Assembly (NCBI GenBank): GCA_019753155.1
Contig: JAIELG010000017.1
Coordinates: forward strand, 49,576-113,575
DNA length: 64,000 nucleotides
From: Burkholderiales bacterium
GTDB lineage: Bacteria > Pseudomonadota > Gammaproteobacteria > Burkholderiales > JABEVD01
Direction of reading: 5' to 3'
Shown here: positions 51,914 through 63,199 of the stretch, one piece after another
Numbering within the stretch: position 1 is the first letter of the stretch
How the letters are laid out: every line of letters starts with the position of its first letter
Translations under genes and position numbers: made by a program
Notes under the pieces: generated by a model
Told to the model about the DNA's origin: nothing
Database searches by the model: none
What the model saw: only the letters and a program-made list of their open reading frames with translations

Positions 51914-53257
51914 TCAGGCTTTGCCGTCGATGTCGCAGATTTCCCAGCGCGGAACGAGTCCCTTATCCGCCCGATATTCCGGGTCGAGTCCGATTCCGCT
52001 CACCCAGATCAGATGTTCGCCGCAATAGAGAAGCGGCAGACTGTCGCGCTGCCAAGGCGGAATACCGTTTTCCTGAAAGAGATTCTTGAGGCGTCTGACC
52101 GGCCGGTCTGAATAGGGGCGGAAACGCTCCCCCCCTTCCCGCACCCTGATTGTCACAGGCTCCGTGAGCTTTTGCGCATTGATGCCGCCTGTCCCGGTTT
52201 CGAACACAAGATCGCCTCCGAGTTCCGCGATATGCATGCGAGGTTCCCCATGCCATTCCCTGAAAAAACCGGCAGCGATGGGCAAGGGTTTGACGATATG
52301 GACAAAGCCCCGGAAGCATCTGAAATCGAACCCCTCGTGCCTGATCGATATGTGCGCATCCTGCCTTGCGCTCGAAAACTGCTTCAGCATCTCGCCCAGG
52401 CGCTCGGCGCCCGGCATCCTGATGTTGTTCACGCAAAGATAATGGCGCAGCAGGTTCTTTGCCCGCGCTTCGCTCAAGCCCTGCAAGCGGGCCACACTCA
52501 GCCGCCCCCCGATGACCGCGCCGCTTGCGTCGATTGCAGCAAGCTCGTCGAGCAGGCCCGCCGCTTCCGAAAAATGACCGGCGGCGCGGGAAATCGTCTC
52601 CCGGCAGGAGGGAAATCTTTGTTCAATCACGGGAATGAGATTATGGCGCACGAAATTCCTGTCGAAGCGAATATCCGCGTTGCTCTCGTCGCGAACCCAT
52701 TCCAGGTTTTTTTCCTGCGCAAAGGCTTCGAGCGTCCTGCGCGCAACACCGAGCAACGGCCTCAGGATGAATTTATCCCGAAACGGCGTCGCTTCCCCCA
52801 TCGCGGCAAGACCTTTGGGGCCAGCCCCCCTGAAAAGCTGCAACAGGACGGTTTCAGCCTGATCGTCCCGATGCTGCGCAAGAGCGATGCAATGCGCCTT
52901 CATGTTCCCGAAAGCCGCGTAACGCGCAATGCGCGCAGCCGCCTCGATGCCGGACGAAAGATGAGGGGAAATGTCGACATTTTCGACACTCAATGGAACT
53001 TCGAGCTTTTTGCATAGATCTTCGCAGAATTTCACCCATAATGACGCATTCGGGCTGATGCTGTGATTGACATGCAGGCAGGAAAGGATGAATCCCTGCC
53101 TCGAAGAAAGTTCCCGCAACAGATGCAAAAGCACGACCGAATCGAGTCCGCCGCTCAATCCCAGCACGACATGATCGCCGGGGGAAACATGTTTCCCGGC
53201 GACCTGCGCCACGATTGATTCCAGGTCAGGGGACCGCGACTTCCTTGAATTTCCCAT
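51914..53257 (-). CDS. tilS: tRNA(Ile)-lysidine synthetase
   Basis: 447 aa with PP-loop [16 protein letters not shown], then LHVNH and [15 protein letters not shown]. The start may be slightly downstream, because the track start overlaps accA by 32 nt. Confidence 0.9.
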   Translation of the reverse strand: MGNSRKSRSPDLESIVAQVAGKHVSPGDHVVLGLSGGLDSVVLLHLLRELSSRQGFILSCLHVNHSISPNASLWVKFCEDLCKKLEVPLSVENVDISPHLSSGIEAAARIARYAAFGNMKAHCIALAQHRDDQAETVLLQLFRGAGPKGLAAMGEATPFRDKFILRPLLGVARRTLEAFAQEKNLEWVRDESNADIRFDRNFVRHNLIPVIEQRFPSCRETISRAAGHFSEAAGLLDELAAIDASGAVIGGRLSVARLQGLSEARAKNLLRHYLCVNNIRMPGAERLGEMLKQFSSARQDAHISIRHEGFDFRCFRGFVHIVKPLPIAAGFFREWHGEPRMHIAELGGDLVFETGTGGINAQKLTEPVTIRVREGGERFRPYSDRPVRRLKNLFQENGIPPWQRDSLPLLYCGEHLIWVSGIGLDPEYRADKGLVPRWEICDIDGKA

Positions 53258-54194
53258 AATTCATCAACCGCTCGTAGCGGGCCTTGAGCATGGCATCGAG
53301 GGATTTCGACTGCACCTGACTCAGGGATTCCTGCAAGGCGGTCTTGACGGTCAGCATCATCGCTTCGCAATCGCGATGGGCGCCGCCCAGAGGCTCGGGA
53401 ACGACCCTGTCGATGAGCCCGAGCGTTTTCAGACGAGTCGCGGTAATACCCAAAGTCTCGGCGGCATCGGGAGCCTTGTCGGCGCTTTTCCAGAGTATCG
53501 ACGCACAGCCTTCCGGGGAAATCACGGAATAGGTCGAATACTGCAACATCAGGAGCGCATCCCCGACGGCAATCGCAAGCGCCCCTCCGGAGCCGCCTTC
53601 CCCGATAACCGTAGCGATCACGGGCACTTTCAATTCCGCCATCACATACAGATTATGGCCTATCGCCTCGGACTGGCCGCGCTCTTCGGCGCCGATGCCG
53701 GGATAAGCGCCAGGCGTATCGATAAAAGTGAACAGGGGAAGGCCGAACTTTTCGGCAAGGCGCATCAGCCTCAACGCTTTCCTGTAGCCTTCCGGCCGAG
53801 GCATGCCGAAATTGCGCAGAATCTTTTCCTTGGTGTCCCGCCCCTTCTGATGGCCGATAACCATGACGGGCTGACCGTTGAATCTCGCAAGCCCCCCCAC
53901 GATCGCGCGATCGTCGGCAAAAGCGCGATCGCCGTGTAATTCCTCGAAATCGGTGAAGAGATGCTGGATATAGTCGAGCGTATAGGGGCGCTGCGGATGT
54001 CTTGCGACCTGGGAAATCTGCCATGCATTCAGCCTGGAATAGATTTCACGGGTCAAGCCCTGGTTTTTTTTCTGCAGGCGGCTGATTTCTTCGGAAATAT
54101 CGACGGCAGAATCATCCTGGACGTAACGCAACTCCTCGATCTTGGTTTCAAGTTCTGCGATGGGCTGCTCGAAGTCGAGGAAGGTTATTTTCAT
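53226..54194 (-). CDS. accA: Acetyl-CoA carboxylase carboxyltransferase subunit alpha
   Basis: 322 aa beginning LDFE.PI.ELE.KI, with [23 protein letters not shown] and [10 protein letters not shown]. Confidence 0.96.
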   Translation of the reverse strand: MKITFLDFEQPIAELETKIEELRYVQDDSAVDISEEISRLQKKNQGLTREIYSRLNAWQISQVARHPQRPYTLDYIQHLFTDFEELHGDRAFADDRAIVGGLARFNGQPVMVIGHQKGRDTKEKILRNFGMPRPEGYRKALRLMRLAEKFGLPLFTFIDTPGAYPGIGAEERGQSEAIGHNLYVMAELKVPVIATVIGEGGSGGALAIAVGDALLMLQYSTYSVISPEGCASILWKSADKAPDAAETLGITATRLKTLGLIDRVVPEPLGGAHRDCEAMMLTVKTALQESLSQVQSKSLDAMLKARYERLMNYGKFKEVAVP

Positions 54195-54246
54195 AAGCGC
54201 GATTTGAGTAAAATGGCGTAATCATACCCGATTTTCGCCGTTATTT

Positions 54247-54930
54247 TTACGCTTTCCACAAACAGGCACCCCGACTCGCCTTGTCGATTTCCTCCAGCTG
54301 CGCAAGATGCGCGGCCAATTCATCGGGGTCGGCTCGACGCACTTTAAGGCTGCGCTCGAAGGATGCGATCTCTCCCGAAGAAAAACCGGCCCCCTCGAGT
54401 TCGATGATCAGGCTTTCCTGCCCGCGCGTCATGGCAAGATAGACTTCCGCGAGCAATTCCGCATCCAGCAGCGCGCCGTGCAGGGTCCGTTTGGAGTTGT
54501 TGACCGCATAACGCTCGCAAAGCGCGTCGAGATTGTTGCGCTTGCCCGGATGCAGCGTCTTGGCCATCGGCAGGGTATCGATGAAGGAGCAATGCTGCTC
54601 TATCGCGGGCATGTCGAGCAGCCCGAGTTCAGCGTTGAGGAAAGACAGGTCGAACGGGGCATTGTGGATGATGAGTTCCGAGCCGGCCACAAAATCCAGA
54701 AATTCGGAAGCGATATCCCTGAACTTCGATTTGTCTCCGAGGAAATCCGCGCTCAATCCGTGGATTTCCTGCGCCTTGGCATCGATCTCCCGTTCGGGGT
54801 TCAGATAGCGGTGAAAACGTTTGCCCGTCAGCCTGCGGTTTTGCATTTCCACGGCGGCGATCTCGACTATCCTGTGACCAAGTTTCGGGTCAAGTCCCGT
54901 CGTTTCCGTATCGAGCACGACCTGTCTCAT
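54247..54930 (-). CDS. dnaQ: DNA polymerase III subunit epsilon (3'-5' exonuclease)
   Basis: [13 protein letters not shown] (ExoI), HNA.FD..FL (ExoII) and H.AL.DA..LA.VY (ExoIII). Start at ATG 54930, overlapping the rnhA stop. Confidence 0.93.
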   Translation of the reverse strand: MRQVVLDTETTGLDPKLGHRIVEIAAVEMQNRRLTGKRFHRYLNPEREIDAKAQEIHGLSADFLGDKSKFRDIASEFLDFVAGSELIIHNAPFDLSFLNAELGLLDMPAIEQHCSFIDTLPMAKTLHPGKRNNLDALCERYAVNNSKRTLHGALLDAELLAEVYLAMTRGQESLIIELEGAGFSSGEIASFERSLKVRRADPDELAAHLAQLEEIDKASRGACLWKA

Positions 54931-55373
54931 GATCCGAGCGCCTTCTGCACGCCCCTGTTGGCAAGCTTGTCGGCCATCTCGTTGCCCTCGTGACCACTGT
55001 GTCCTTTCACCCATAGCCACTCGATTTCATGCCGCGCAGCAAGGCTGTCAAGTTCGCGCCACAAATCCTCATTCTTCACGGGCTGCCTGCTCGACGTTTT
55101 CCAGCCGCGCCGCTTCCAGTCGTGTATCCAGGTGCTGATCCCCTGCTGGACATATTTCGAATCGGTATAAATCCGGACCCTGACATGGCGCTTCAGCGCT
55201 TCGAGCGCCCTGATCACCGCCATCAATTCCATGCGGTTATTCGTCGTATCGCGCTCACCGCCGAACAATTCGCGCTGATGCGCGCCATGGCGCAGCAGCG
55301 CCCCCCATCCTCCGATGCCGGGATTCCCCTTGCATGCCCCATCCGTAAAAATCTCGACCATATCCTGTTCCAT
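54927..55373 (-). CDS. rnhA: Ribonuclease HI
   Basis: 148 aa with motifs [32 protein letters not shown] and KGH.GH..NE.AD.LA. Start at ATG 55373 (TGATG overlap with the upstream stop); the track ORF is over-extended. Confidence 0.93.
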   Translation of the reverse strand: MEQDMVEIFTDGACKGNPGIGGWGALLRHGAHQRELFGGERDTTNNRMELMAVIRALEALKRHVRVRIYTDSKYVQQGISTWIHDWKRRGWKTSSRQPVKNEDLWRELDSLAARHEIEWLWVKGHSGHEGNEMADKLANRGVQKALGS

Positions 55374-56104
55374 CACTTCGCCTTCCTGCATGGCGGCTTG
55401 TTGAATTTTTTGACTGCCGGAGCCAGGGGATTTTTTGCCGCAAGGCCATTCCAACTGGGACGTATGAGCCTGACGCCTCTCACCCGCTTGATCGCAATCA
55501 AAAAATACACGCCGCCCGATATGGGCCACCAGCGATCTCCCGCCTGCTCCATGAAGCCGAATCTGTGCAGCCATTTTTCCTGATCGAAAGGAGGAATATA
55601 GGCACTCAACTTTCCCGAGGAAACCTCGAATCCCAGAAGGGCAAACCAGTCCTTGAGGCGAGGCAATGAAATGAAATTGCCGCACCAGGGCGCCGATCCA
55701 GCGGATCCCGATGCAATACCCCGCATACCCCAAAGGCTGAACGGGTTGAATCCGCTCAGGATAATTCTTCCTTCAGGCCGCATCACGCGCTCCACTTCCC
55801 GCAAAATCTGGTGAGGATTGCGGCTGAATTCGAGCACATGCGGCAAAACGACGAGATCGATGCTTGCGGAATCGAAAGGCAGATTGAAAAAATCCACCAT
55901 GACGTCCGCATCGGAACCGGATGCCCGCACCTTGAGTTGCATCCGGCTCGTCCTCAAAAAATCCCGGCACGGCAAACCGAGCTGGATCGCATGGTAACCG
56001 AACACATCCCCAACGCTCTGGTCGAAGAAGGCGAATTCCCTCTCCAGCAAATATTGCCCGAGGGGCGTTTCAAGCCATTCTTCAAAACCGGTCACAGGTT
56101 CCAT
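55373..56104 (-). CDS. Class I SAM-dependent methyltransferase (YafS-like)
   Basis: 243 aa from [20 protein letters not shown]. Contains D.V.LPH.LEF...P...LRE..RV..PEG...I.GFNP. Sits in the gloB / yafS / rnhA neighbourhood, as in enterobacteria. Confidence 0.75.
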   Translation of the reverse strand: MEPVTGFEEWLETPLGQYLLEREFAFFDQSVGDVFGYHAIQLGLPCRDFLRTSRMQLKVRASGSDADVMVDFFNLPFDSASIDLVVLPHVLEFSRNPHQILREVERVMRPEGRIILSGFNPFSLWGMRGIASGSAGSAPWCGNFISLPRLKDWFALLGFEVSSGKLSAYIPPFDQEKWLHRFGFMEQAGDRWWPISGGVYFLIAIKRVRGVRLIRPSWNGLAAKNPLAPAVKKFNKPPCRKAK

Positions 56105-56137
56105 ACTATAATTTCGATTTGGCCCGTAATTCGCAAC

Positions 56138-56902
56138 ATGCTCTTCATAGAACCGATTCCCGCTTTCAGAGACAATTATATCTGGGTAGCCAGAAATAAT
56201 CAGTACGCAGCCGCGATCGATCCGGGCGATGCATCTGCCGTGCTGGATTATCTCGATGGCGAGAAACTCGAACTCATCGCGATATTCAACACCCACCATC
56301 ATTCGGACCACGTGGATGGAAACCTCGAATTGCAGACGCGCTTTTCCTGTCCGATCTACGGCCCTGAAAACGAAAGCATTCCCGGCAAAACCCATTCCCT
56401 CGCCGAAGGCAGCAGGGTCGATCTGCCCGAACTCGGCTTGAAACTCGACGTATTCGACATTCCCGGACACACTTCAGGGCATATCGCCTACCATGGGAAT
56501 GACATGCTTTTCTGCGGGGACACGCTTTTCGGATGCGGGTGCGGCAGGGTGTTCGAGGGCACTATGGCAGAGATGTTCGCGTCTCTGGAGCGGCTCTCCG
56601 GCCTGCCGGAGGCCACCCTCGTCTATTGCGCGCACGAATACACGCTATGCAACATCCGCTTCGCATTGGACGTCGAGCCCGACAACCCGGAACTGGCAGC
56701 AAGACAAGCCGGCGCGACCCGGCTCAGGAACAAGGATATGCCCACGCTTCCCTCCACGATAGGACTCGAAAGAAAAACCAATCCTTTCCTGCGCTGCGCA
56801 ATTCCGGCGGTTGCCGCCATGGCCGCAAAGCATGCCATGGCAAAACTCGACAGCCCGCTCGATGTTTTCACTGCGCTGCGAATATGGAGAAATACATTTT
56901 AA
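56138..56902 (+). CDS. gloB: Hydroxyacylglutathione hydrolase (glyoxalase II)
   Basis: 254 aa beginning IPAF.DNYIW, with the metallo-beta-lactamase motif THHHSDHV and C-terminal CAHEYT..N..FA. Start at ATG 56138. Confidence 0.92.
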   Translation: MLFIEPIPAFRDNYIWVARNNQYAAAIDPGDASAVLDYLDGEKLELIAIFNTHHHSDHVDGNLELQTRFSCPIYGPENESIPGKTHSLAEGSRVDLPELGLKLDVFDIPGHTSGHIAYHGNDMLFCGDTLFGCGCGRVFEGTMAEMFASLERLSGLPEATLVYCAHEYTLCNIRFALDVEPDNPELAARQAGATRLRNKDMPTLPSTIGLERKTNPFLRCAIPAVAAMAAKHAMAKLDSPLDVFTALRIWRNTF

Positions 56903-56903
56903 T

Positions 56904-58319
56904 TCAGTAAGCCTGCTTGCCGACGAATCCCTTGAACACGGTCAGGAAAATGATCTTGACATCCATCCACAGCGACCAGTTCTGGATATAGTGGAGATCG
57001 CATTCGATCCTGGCCGTCATCTTCTCGAGCGTATCGGTTTCCCCGCGCCACCCGTTGATCTGGGCCCAGCCCGTGATGCCGGGTTTCACCTTGTGTCTCA
57101 GCATGTAGCCATGTATCAGCCTGCGATACTGCTCGTTATGGGAAATCGCATGAGGTCTCGGCCCCACGATGGACATATGCCCCTGCAGCACATTGATGAA
57201 CTGCGGCAATTCATCGAGAGAAGTGCGCCTCAGAAATGCGCCGAAAGGGGTGATCCGCGGGTCGTTTTTCCTCGCCTGAGGCACATGCCCCCCATCTTCG
57301 CAAACCTTCATGCTCCTGAACTTCCAGACTTCGACCACTTTCCCGTTCAGGCCGTAGCGGCGCTGCTTGAAAATGACAGGCCCAGGGGAACTCAATTTGA
57401 CCCCCACTGCAATGATCAGCATGGGAATTGCGATCAGAATCATGATCAGCGTCCCGAAAACAATGTCCTCCAGCCTTTTCGACCAGCCGTCCACCCCGAA
57501 GAACGGACTTTCGAAGATGCTCACCATCGGGACACCACCCACGTTGAACCAGCGCGCATGCATCAAATCGAAGATGAAAAAATCCGGAACCACGTATACC
57601 GAGGCAGTGGTATCGGCCAATGCATTCACGATTTCGACGATTCTGCTCTCAGCCTTCATGGGCAGGGCGATATACACGTAATCGATCCGACCGGACTTGG
57701 CTTCCAACACAAGTTCCCTCAGGTTCCCGCTGATTTCCAGATTTTTCCCGCCGACCAGGGGCAACCTCAGTTCGCTCCTGTCGTCGTAAATGCCGACGAA
57801 CTTGAGCCCCATCCAGTCGGATTCGAAAATCCCCTTCACGATCTTGAGGGCGCTCTCTCCGGCGCCTGCAATAGCCACAGTTCTTGTGTTCATCCCGTGT
57901 TTGCGCAGGGCGCGCATGACAAGCTGCATGAAAACCCTCTGCAGGATCATCAGGAAAGGCACGAGGACGAACCAGGACAACATGACTCTGCGCGAAAAGG
58001 AGGCCGAGGTCTTGGTCAGGAAGGCGATGCCGACGAGAAGAATGACGATCGAGAACCAGACCAGAAGCACCTTCAGGCTCATCCTCTTGATGGAAACGAG
58101 GCGCCATGAAATATATATGGCCTGCGTTTCAGCAAGAAACAAAAAGAAAGCCGTCGCCAGCAGGGCTGCATTGGTGTATCCGCTTCCGGCCCGGACACCG
58201 AACAATTCGATCAGGCATCCGAGACCGAACCATATCAGCAAGGCATCGAGTATACGGCTCAGCAGCGCAAGTTCGGAGCTGTACGGGCGGATCATCCCGC
58301 CGAATTGATGGTTAGGCAT
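56904..58319 (-). CDS. Undecaprenyl-phosphate hexose-1-phosphate transferase (WcaJ/EpsB-type initiating sugar transferase)
   Basis: 471 aa with N-terminal TM helices and a central Rossmann-like domain. The C-terminal bacterial sugar transferase domain carries PGPVIFKQ.R.G..G..F...KFRSM, DPRIT..G..LR..SLDELPQ..NVL.G.MS.VGPRP. Confidence 0.88.
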   Translation of the reverse strand: MPNHQFGGMIRPYSSELALLSRILDALLIWFGLGCLIELFGVRAGSGYTNAALLATAFFLFLAETQAIYISWRLVSIKRMSLKVLLVWFSIVILLVGIAFLTKTSASFSRRVMLSWFVLVPFLMILQRVFMQLVMRALRKHGMNTRTVAIAGAGESALKIVKGIFESDWMGLKFVGIYDDRSELRLPLVGGKNLEISGNLRELVLEAKSGRIDYVYIALPMKAESRIVEIVNALADTTASVYVVPDFFIFDLMHARWFNVGGVPMVSIFESPFFGVDGWSKRLEDIVFGTLIMILIAIPMLIIAVGVKLSSPGPVIFKQRRYGLNGKVVEVWKFRSMKVCEDGGHVPQARKNDPRITPFGAFLRRTSLDELPQFINVLQGHMSIVGPRPHAISHNEQYRRLIHGYMLRHKVKPGITGWAQINGWRGETDTLEKMTARIECDLHYIQNWSLWMDVKIIFLTVFKGFVGKQAY

Positions 58320-58336
58320 GACGAAATGTCACCGGG

Positions 58337-59776
58337 TCAGTTGCGCCCGTATTTATCCTCGAACCGCACGATATCGTCTTCACCCAGATATTCACCACTT
58401 TGCACCTCGATCATCACCAATTCCAGCACCCCCGGATTGACCAGCCTGTGCGGCGTTCCTGCGGGAATGAACGTGGACTCGTTGGTTCGCACCAGGCGCT
58501 CTTCTTCTCCGTTGACGATTTTCGCGGTCCCCGACACCACCACCCAATGTTCACATCTGTGGTGATGCATCTGAAGCGACAGGGCAGCCCCCGGCTTGAC
58601 CACAATCCGCTTGATCTTGAACCGCTCCCCTTCTTCCAGCACAGTATAGGTTCCCCAGGGCCGGTGAACCGTGCGATGCAGCTTGTAGGCATCGTGCTCG
58701 GCCAATTTCAGCTGCTGCACGACCCGCTTCACGTCCTGCGAGCGGCTCTTGTCTGCAACAAGCAGCGCATCCGGGGTATCGATGATAAGAAGGTTGTCCA
58801 CCCCGACCGTTGCGACCAGGCGGTCTTCAGCCTGAATATAGCAATTCCCGGAATCGACCATGACGGCAGTGCCCACGATGCGGTTCCCCGCTTCGTCCTC
58901 CGGGACGAGTTCGCTCACCGCGCTCCATGATCCGATGTCGTTCCAGTCGAATCCCCCGGCGACGACAGCAACTTTTTGCGCCTTTTCCATGACCGCGTAA
59001 TCGATGGAAATATCCGGGATCATGGAAAAAGTAGCCTCGTCAAGCGTGAGGGGCAGGTCGTTCCGCCGCGTGCTCTCCCAGCATGCGAGGGAGGCTTCGA
59101 GAACTTCCGGAGCATGCTCCCGCATCGCCTGCAAGAGCGCCCCGGCCTTGAAACAGAACATGCCCGAGTTCCAGAAGAAATTCCCCATTTCCAGATATTG
59201 TTCCGCCAGAACGAGGGATGGCTTTTCGACGAAACGCGACACATCGCCCACATTTTCCCGAAACTCGCTGCCGCATTCGATATAGCCGTAACCCGTTTCA
59301 GGGTAGGTGGGGCGTATGCCGAACGTGACGAGATAGTCTTCCTGTGCGAATTCGCGGGCCAGGGCCACCGCATCGGCAAAGGCCGGCTGGTTTTCGATCA
59401 GGTGATCGGCAGGTAAAACCAGCATCACCGTATCATCCCCTCTGGATTCGCACAGGCAAAGCGCCGCCATTGCCAGGGCAGGTGCTGTATTTCTGCCGCA
59501 TGGCTCGAGAACGTAGTCGAATTCCAGCGCTTTCCCGGTTCCTATCGCAGCATATTCATCGCGGGTGGTAAAAAAATATTCCCGGTTGGTCACCGTCATC
59601 ACCCCATCGACATCCGGCAGCATGGCTGCCCTCATCAGGGTTTTTTTCAGAAGGCTGTCTCCATCCGGCAGCTTCATGAAAGGTTTGGGAAACGCCTCGC
59701 GCGAAACAGGCCAAAGCCTGGTTCCTGCGCCGCCCGAGAGAATGACGGGTACAACTGTTTTCTTCACCATGACCAT
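58337..59776 (-). CDS. Mannose-1-phosphate guanylyltransferase / mannose-6-phosphate isomerase (ManC/XanB type)
   Basis: 479 aa beginning PVILSGG.GTRLWP.SR...PK.F, with a C-terminal cupin carrying RPWG.Y, K.I.V.PG..LSLQ.HHHR.EHW.VV.GTA. Confidence 0.93.
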   Translation of the reverse strand: MVMVKKTVVPVILSGGAGTRLWPVSREAFPKPFMKLPDGDSLLKKTLMRAAMLPDVDGVMTVTNREYFFTTRDEYAAIGTGKALEFDYVLEPCGRNTAPALAMAALCLCESRGDDTVMLVLPADHLIENQPAFADAVALAREFAQEDYLVTFGIRPTYPETGYGYIECGSEFRENVGDVSRFVEKPSLVLAEQYLEMGNFFWNSGMFCFKAGALLQAMREHAPEVLEASLACWESTRRNDLPLTLDEATFSMIPDISIDYAVMEKAQKVAVVAGGFDWNDIGSWSAVSELVPEDEAGNRIVGTAVMVDSGNCYIQAEDRLVATVGVDNLLIIDTPDALLVADKSRSQDVKRVVQQLKLAEHDAYKLHRTVHRPWGTYTVLEEGERFKIKRIVVKPGAALSLQMHHHRCEHWVVVSGTAKIVNGEEERLVRTNESTFIPAGTPHRLVNPGVLELVMIEVQSGEYLGEDDIVRFEDKYGRN

Positions 59777-59841
59777 CCCATTGAATACGGTAGCGATATA
59801 TTATGTCTATAATCGTTGCAGTTCAAGCGCGAACTTAAGGT

Positions 59842-61173
59842 TCACCTGCCCACGCCGTAATAGTCGAACCCCAGTTTTTTCACCTTTTCGGGTTCGTAGA
59901 CATTGCGTCCGTCGAAGATCACCTTCTGCCTCATCACCTGCTCCATGAACGAGAAATCAGGGGTTCTGAATGCCTTCCATTCCGTCACGAGAACCAGGGC
60001 ATCCGCATCGACGAGCGCATCGTACTGATGATTGACGAGTTTCAGGCGACCGCTTTCGAACCATTCTCCGGGCAATTCGCGCTTTGCCACGTCCATCGCG
60101 ACCGGATCGTAAGCCTTGACCTTTGCACCTTTATCGATCAGGTATTCGAGCAGGACGATGCTGGAGGCTTCGCGCATGTCGTCGGTCCTGGGCTTGAATG
60201 CAAGCCCCCATAACGCAAAGGTTCTGTCGTAGAGATCGGCGCCGAAATGCGCTGCGATTTTCCCGGAAAGGTATCGCTTCTGCTGCGCATTCCGCTCCTC
60301 GACGGCATTCAGAACGAGCGGATCCAGCCCGCAATCCTTTGCCATCTGCATGATCGCCTTGACATCCTTGGGGAAACAGGAGCCGCCATAGCCGCAGCCG
60401 GGATAAATGAAGGAATAGCCGATGCGCGCATCCGACCCGATTCCCAGCCTCACCTTCTCGACATCGACGCCCATTTTGTCGCAGAGGTTAGCGATCTCGT
60501 TCATGAACGAGATCTTGGTGGCGAGCATCGCATTCGCCGCGTACTTCGTCATTTCCGCTTCCTTGATGCCCATCAGGCAGAGACGCTCGTGGTTCCTGGT
60601 GAACGGGAAATAAAGCTCGCGCATCACGTCCAGCGATCGATCGCTGTCGCAACCGACGACGATGCGATCAGGCCGCGTGAAATCCTCGACAGCGGCCCCC
60701 TCCTTCAGGAATTCGGGATTGCTCACCACGTCGAAAGACACGGACAGGCCACGTTTTTCCAACTCGGAACGGACGGCCCCCCTCACTCTTTCCGCAGTGC
60801 CTACGGGGACTGTCGACTTGTCGACGATGACGCAATAATCATTCAGGTTCTGCCCGATTTCGCGCGCAACCGCGAGGACATGCTTGAGGTCGGCAGAGCC
60901 GTCCTCGTCGGGAGGGGTCCCCACCGCGATGAAAGCCGCCACGGCGCCTTCGAGGGACGCCGGAAGGGAGGTCGTGAATTTCAGCCTGCCCTCGCGGTAA
61001 TTGTTGACCACGATATCCTCGAGTCCAGGCTCGTAAATGGGCAGAATTCCTTTTTTCAGGTTCTCGATCTTGGCTTCGTCTATGTCCACGCAGGTCACGC
61101 TGTTGCCCATCTCTGCAAAGCACGCGCCCGTCACCAGACCGACGTACCCCGTCCCCACAACCGATAGCTTCAT
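59842..61173 (-). CDS. ugd: UDP-glucose 6-dehydrogenase
   Basis: 443 aa beginning MKLSVVGTGYVGLVTGACFAE.GN.V.C.D.D, with the catalytic region GYGGSCFPKD and LAFKP.TDD.RE. Confidence 0.92.
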   Translation of the reverse strand: MKLSVVGTGYVGLVTGACFAEMGNSVTCVDIDEAKIENLKKGILPIYEPGLEDIVVNNYREGRLKFTTSLPASLEGAVAAFIAVGTPPDEDGSADLKHVLAVAREIGQNLNDYCVIVDKSTVPVGTAERVRGAVRSELEKRGLSVSFDVVSNPEFLKEGAAVEDFTRPDRIVVGCDSDRSLDVMRELYFPFTRNHERLCLMGIKEAEMTKYAANAMLATKISFMNEIANLCDKMGVDVEKVRLGIGSDARIGYSFIYPGCGYGGSCFPKDVKAIMQMAKDCGLDPLVLNAVEERNAQQKRYLSGKIAAHFGADLYDRTFALWGLAFKPRTDDMREASSIVLLEYLIDKGAKVKAYDPVAMDVAKRELPGEWFESGRLKLVNHQYDALVDADALVLVTEWKAFRTPDFSFMEQVMRQKVIFDGRNVYEPEKVKKLGFDYYGVGR

Positions 61174-61551
61174 TCAGAGTTCCCTCAATAAAAAATACTT
61201 GTGACCGGATTGTATTTCAGCAACAAAGTTTCCCGAAAAAACCAAATTTCAGATAAACCTTGTAAGGATTCAGCAGCGCCAATCCGGCGAAGAATCGAAC
61301 CACTGCAGCGCCTTCGATTACGGAGAAGGTCGAATCAATTCCGATAGGACATCGTATCCAGAAGAATCAATTCGCCTCAACCCAATGGAAAAGCGGGGAG
61401 CGTCCGGACGAAGGAACGTCTTGGCTCAGGCAGTTCCACGCCACCCACTGAAGCAAAGCGTTGGAATCCCAGGCCCGCCTTCAGCGAATCATCAATACGT
61501 TATGGCCAAACCGACCACAGCCCCTTTCGCATTGATCACGATGCATTCATT

Positions 61552-62781
61552 TTATGCTCGCCCTGCACTGCAATCAAGCTTCATGACCGCTTCCAACCTC
61601 GACAACACGGCATCGCAAGCCAGGTTTTTCCGCGCATGGAGCCTACCCGATTCTCCCATCGCCTTTCGCAATTCCGCCTTTCCGGAAAGATCGAGTATCG
61701 CATGCGCGAGGCCGGACGCATCGCCCGGCTCGACTATCCTGCCGCACCCGGACACGACTTCAGCAACCTCCGTATTCTGCCTCGCCGTCGCTATGACGGG
61801 CTTCCCGCTCGCAAGCATCCCGGTGAGTTTCGAAGGCATCACGAGATCGGCCACATCGCCCCGCTGCGGCAAAAGATGGATATCGGCCATGTTCAAGAGA
61901 TCATTCAGCTTATCTACAGGCTGGAGGGGAAGCCAGGAAACATTGGGCAAATCCTTTGCCAGGGCAAACAGCCTCTCCCTCTCGCCGCCGTTTCCGCAAA
62001 TCACGAAACGGATGGCCGTCTCGTGAACCAGGAGCCTTGCAGCCTCGATGAGTATATCCAGCCCCTGCTTCTCCCCCATGTTCCCGGAATAAAGGCAGAC
62101 GATCTCTTCTTTCCCTACACCGAGCGCATCCCTCATATGACTCGATTCGACAGGAAAAATCGACTCGACATCCACCCAGTTAGGGAACAGGATGCGCTTT
62201 TCCGAACCAACGCCCTTTTCCCCCAGCCTTTCCATCATTTTCTTCGATATCGTCGAAACATAATCGAATCGCCTCATGACAAACGCATCCAATGCCAGGA
62301 CCATATTGCCCAACGCGCCGCGGGACAATATGCCCATGTCGAAAGCCGCATCCACTTCGAAATCCTGAACATGAAGCCATGCTTTCGCGCCCGACAAGCG
62401 GGACACGAGCCAGGCGCCCGGCGTACAAAAAAAGGAAGGCTCGACCACGAAAACCACATTTGGCTTCCAGAATAGCTGCAGGAACATCACCGGAAAACTG
62501 GAGAGCGCAAAACTTGCAAGATGCAATATCCGTTTCAATCCGGAAGGCTTTTGCGGCACCCACAAGGGGCAGCGGAAAATCCTGACGCCGTTTATCGCTT
62601 CACCCCGATATTTCCAATCCGAATACCCCCCCCCCACCCTCCATCTCGGATAATAGGGGGGGGCAGTGACCACACGCACCTCATGACCGCGAGATGCCAG
62701 CCATTCGGACATTTCTCCGGTATATTTGCCTATTCCCGTCAGTTCCGGGAAATAGTTGATGCTGTAGATGAGGATACGCAC
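61552..62781 (-). CDS. GT4-family glycosyltransferase (WcaI-like)
   Basis: 409 aa with the WcaI-type N-terminus MRILIYSINYFPELTGIGKYTGEM..WLA.RGHEV.VVTAPPYYP.W and a C-terminal GT-B fold (E(x)7E-like region). It contains the homopolymer tracts listed separately. Confidence 0.85.
   Translation of the reverse strand: MRILIYSINYFPELTGIGKYTGEMSEWLASRGHEVRVVTAPPYYPRWRVGGGYSDWKYRGEAINGVRIFRCPLWVPQKPSGLKRILHLASFALSSFPVMFLQLFWKPNVVFVVEPSFFCTPGAWLVSRLSGAKAWLHVQDFEVDAAFDMGILSRGALGNMVLALDAFVMRRFDYVSTISKKMMERLGEKGVGSEKRILFPNWVDVESIFPVESSHMRDALGVGKEEIVCLYSGNMGEKQGLDILIEAARLLVHETAIRFVICGNGGERERLFALAKDLPNVSWLPLQPVDKLNDLLNMADIHLLPQRGDVADLVMPSKLTGMLASGKPVIATARQNTEVAEVVSGCGRIVEPGDASGLAHAILDLSGKAELRKAMGESGRLHARKNLACDAVLSRLEAVMKLDCSAGRA
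62626..62635. repeat. Homopolymeric tract: C10 on the + strand (G10 on the coding strand) inside the GT4 gene
   Basis: Read directly from gaataCCCCCCCCCCaccct. It spans codons Val49-Gly52 (GTG GGG GGG GGG). Confidence 0.95.
62656..62663. repeat. Homopolymeric tract: G8 on the + strand (C8 on the coding strand) inside the GT4 gene
   Basis: Read directly from aataGGGGGGGGcag. It spans codons Ala40-Pro42 (GCC CCC CCC). Confidence 0.95.
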
Positions 62782-63199
62782 GCTATCGAATGGAAATTAA
62801 TGAACTTTGCAGTCTGATATGATACATGAAAATTACATTTCACATATGGCTTCTCAATAGTAATTTCGATTCAAGCCGAGACGACGGGACAATCCGACGA
62901 ACCATAGGCCGCGCCCTGAGGCTCCGACAGCCCTCGAATTCCCGGCGCATCTCGGGAGAATTTAAAGTCACGCGCATCAGAAATCGCCGAGGATTTCTTC
63001 AGATGGAACACCCTTCACCTTGCCGGCACTATAGGCGATCAGGCTACGCTCTGCCTCCAATCTCCTGAACACCGTATAATTCAATCGCAGGAGAAACAGG
63101 GAGCGACCCTGCCGGAAAGTGTCAGGATTTTATACACCATCATTCCTGAATTTCCGAAATAAATTATTAACATGTTGAAAAACAATTGGAATACAACAA

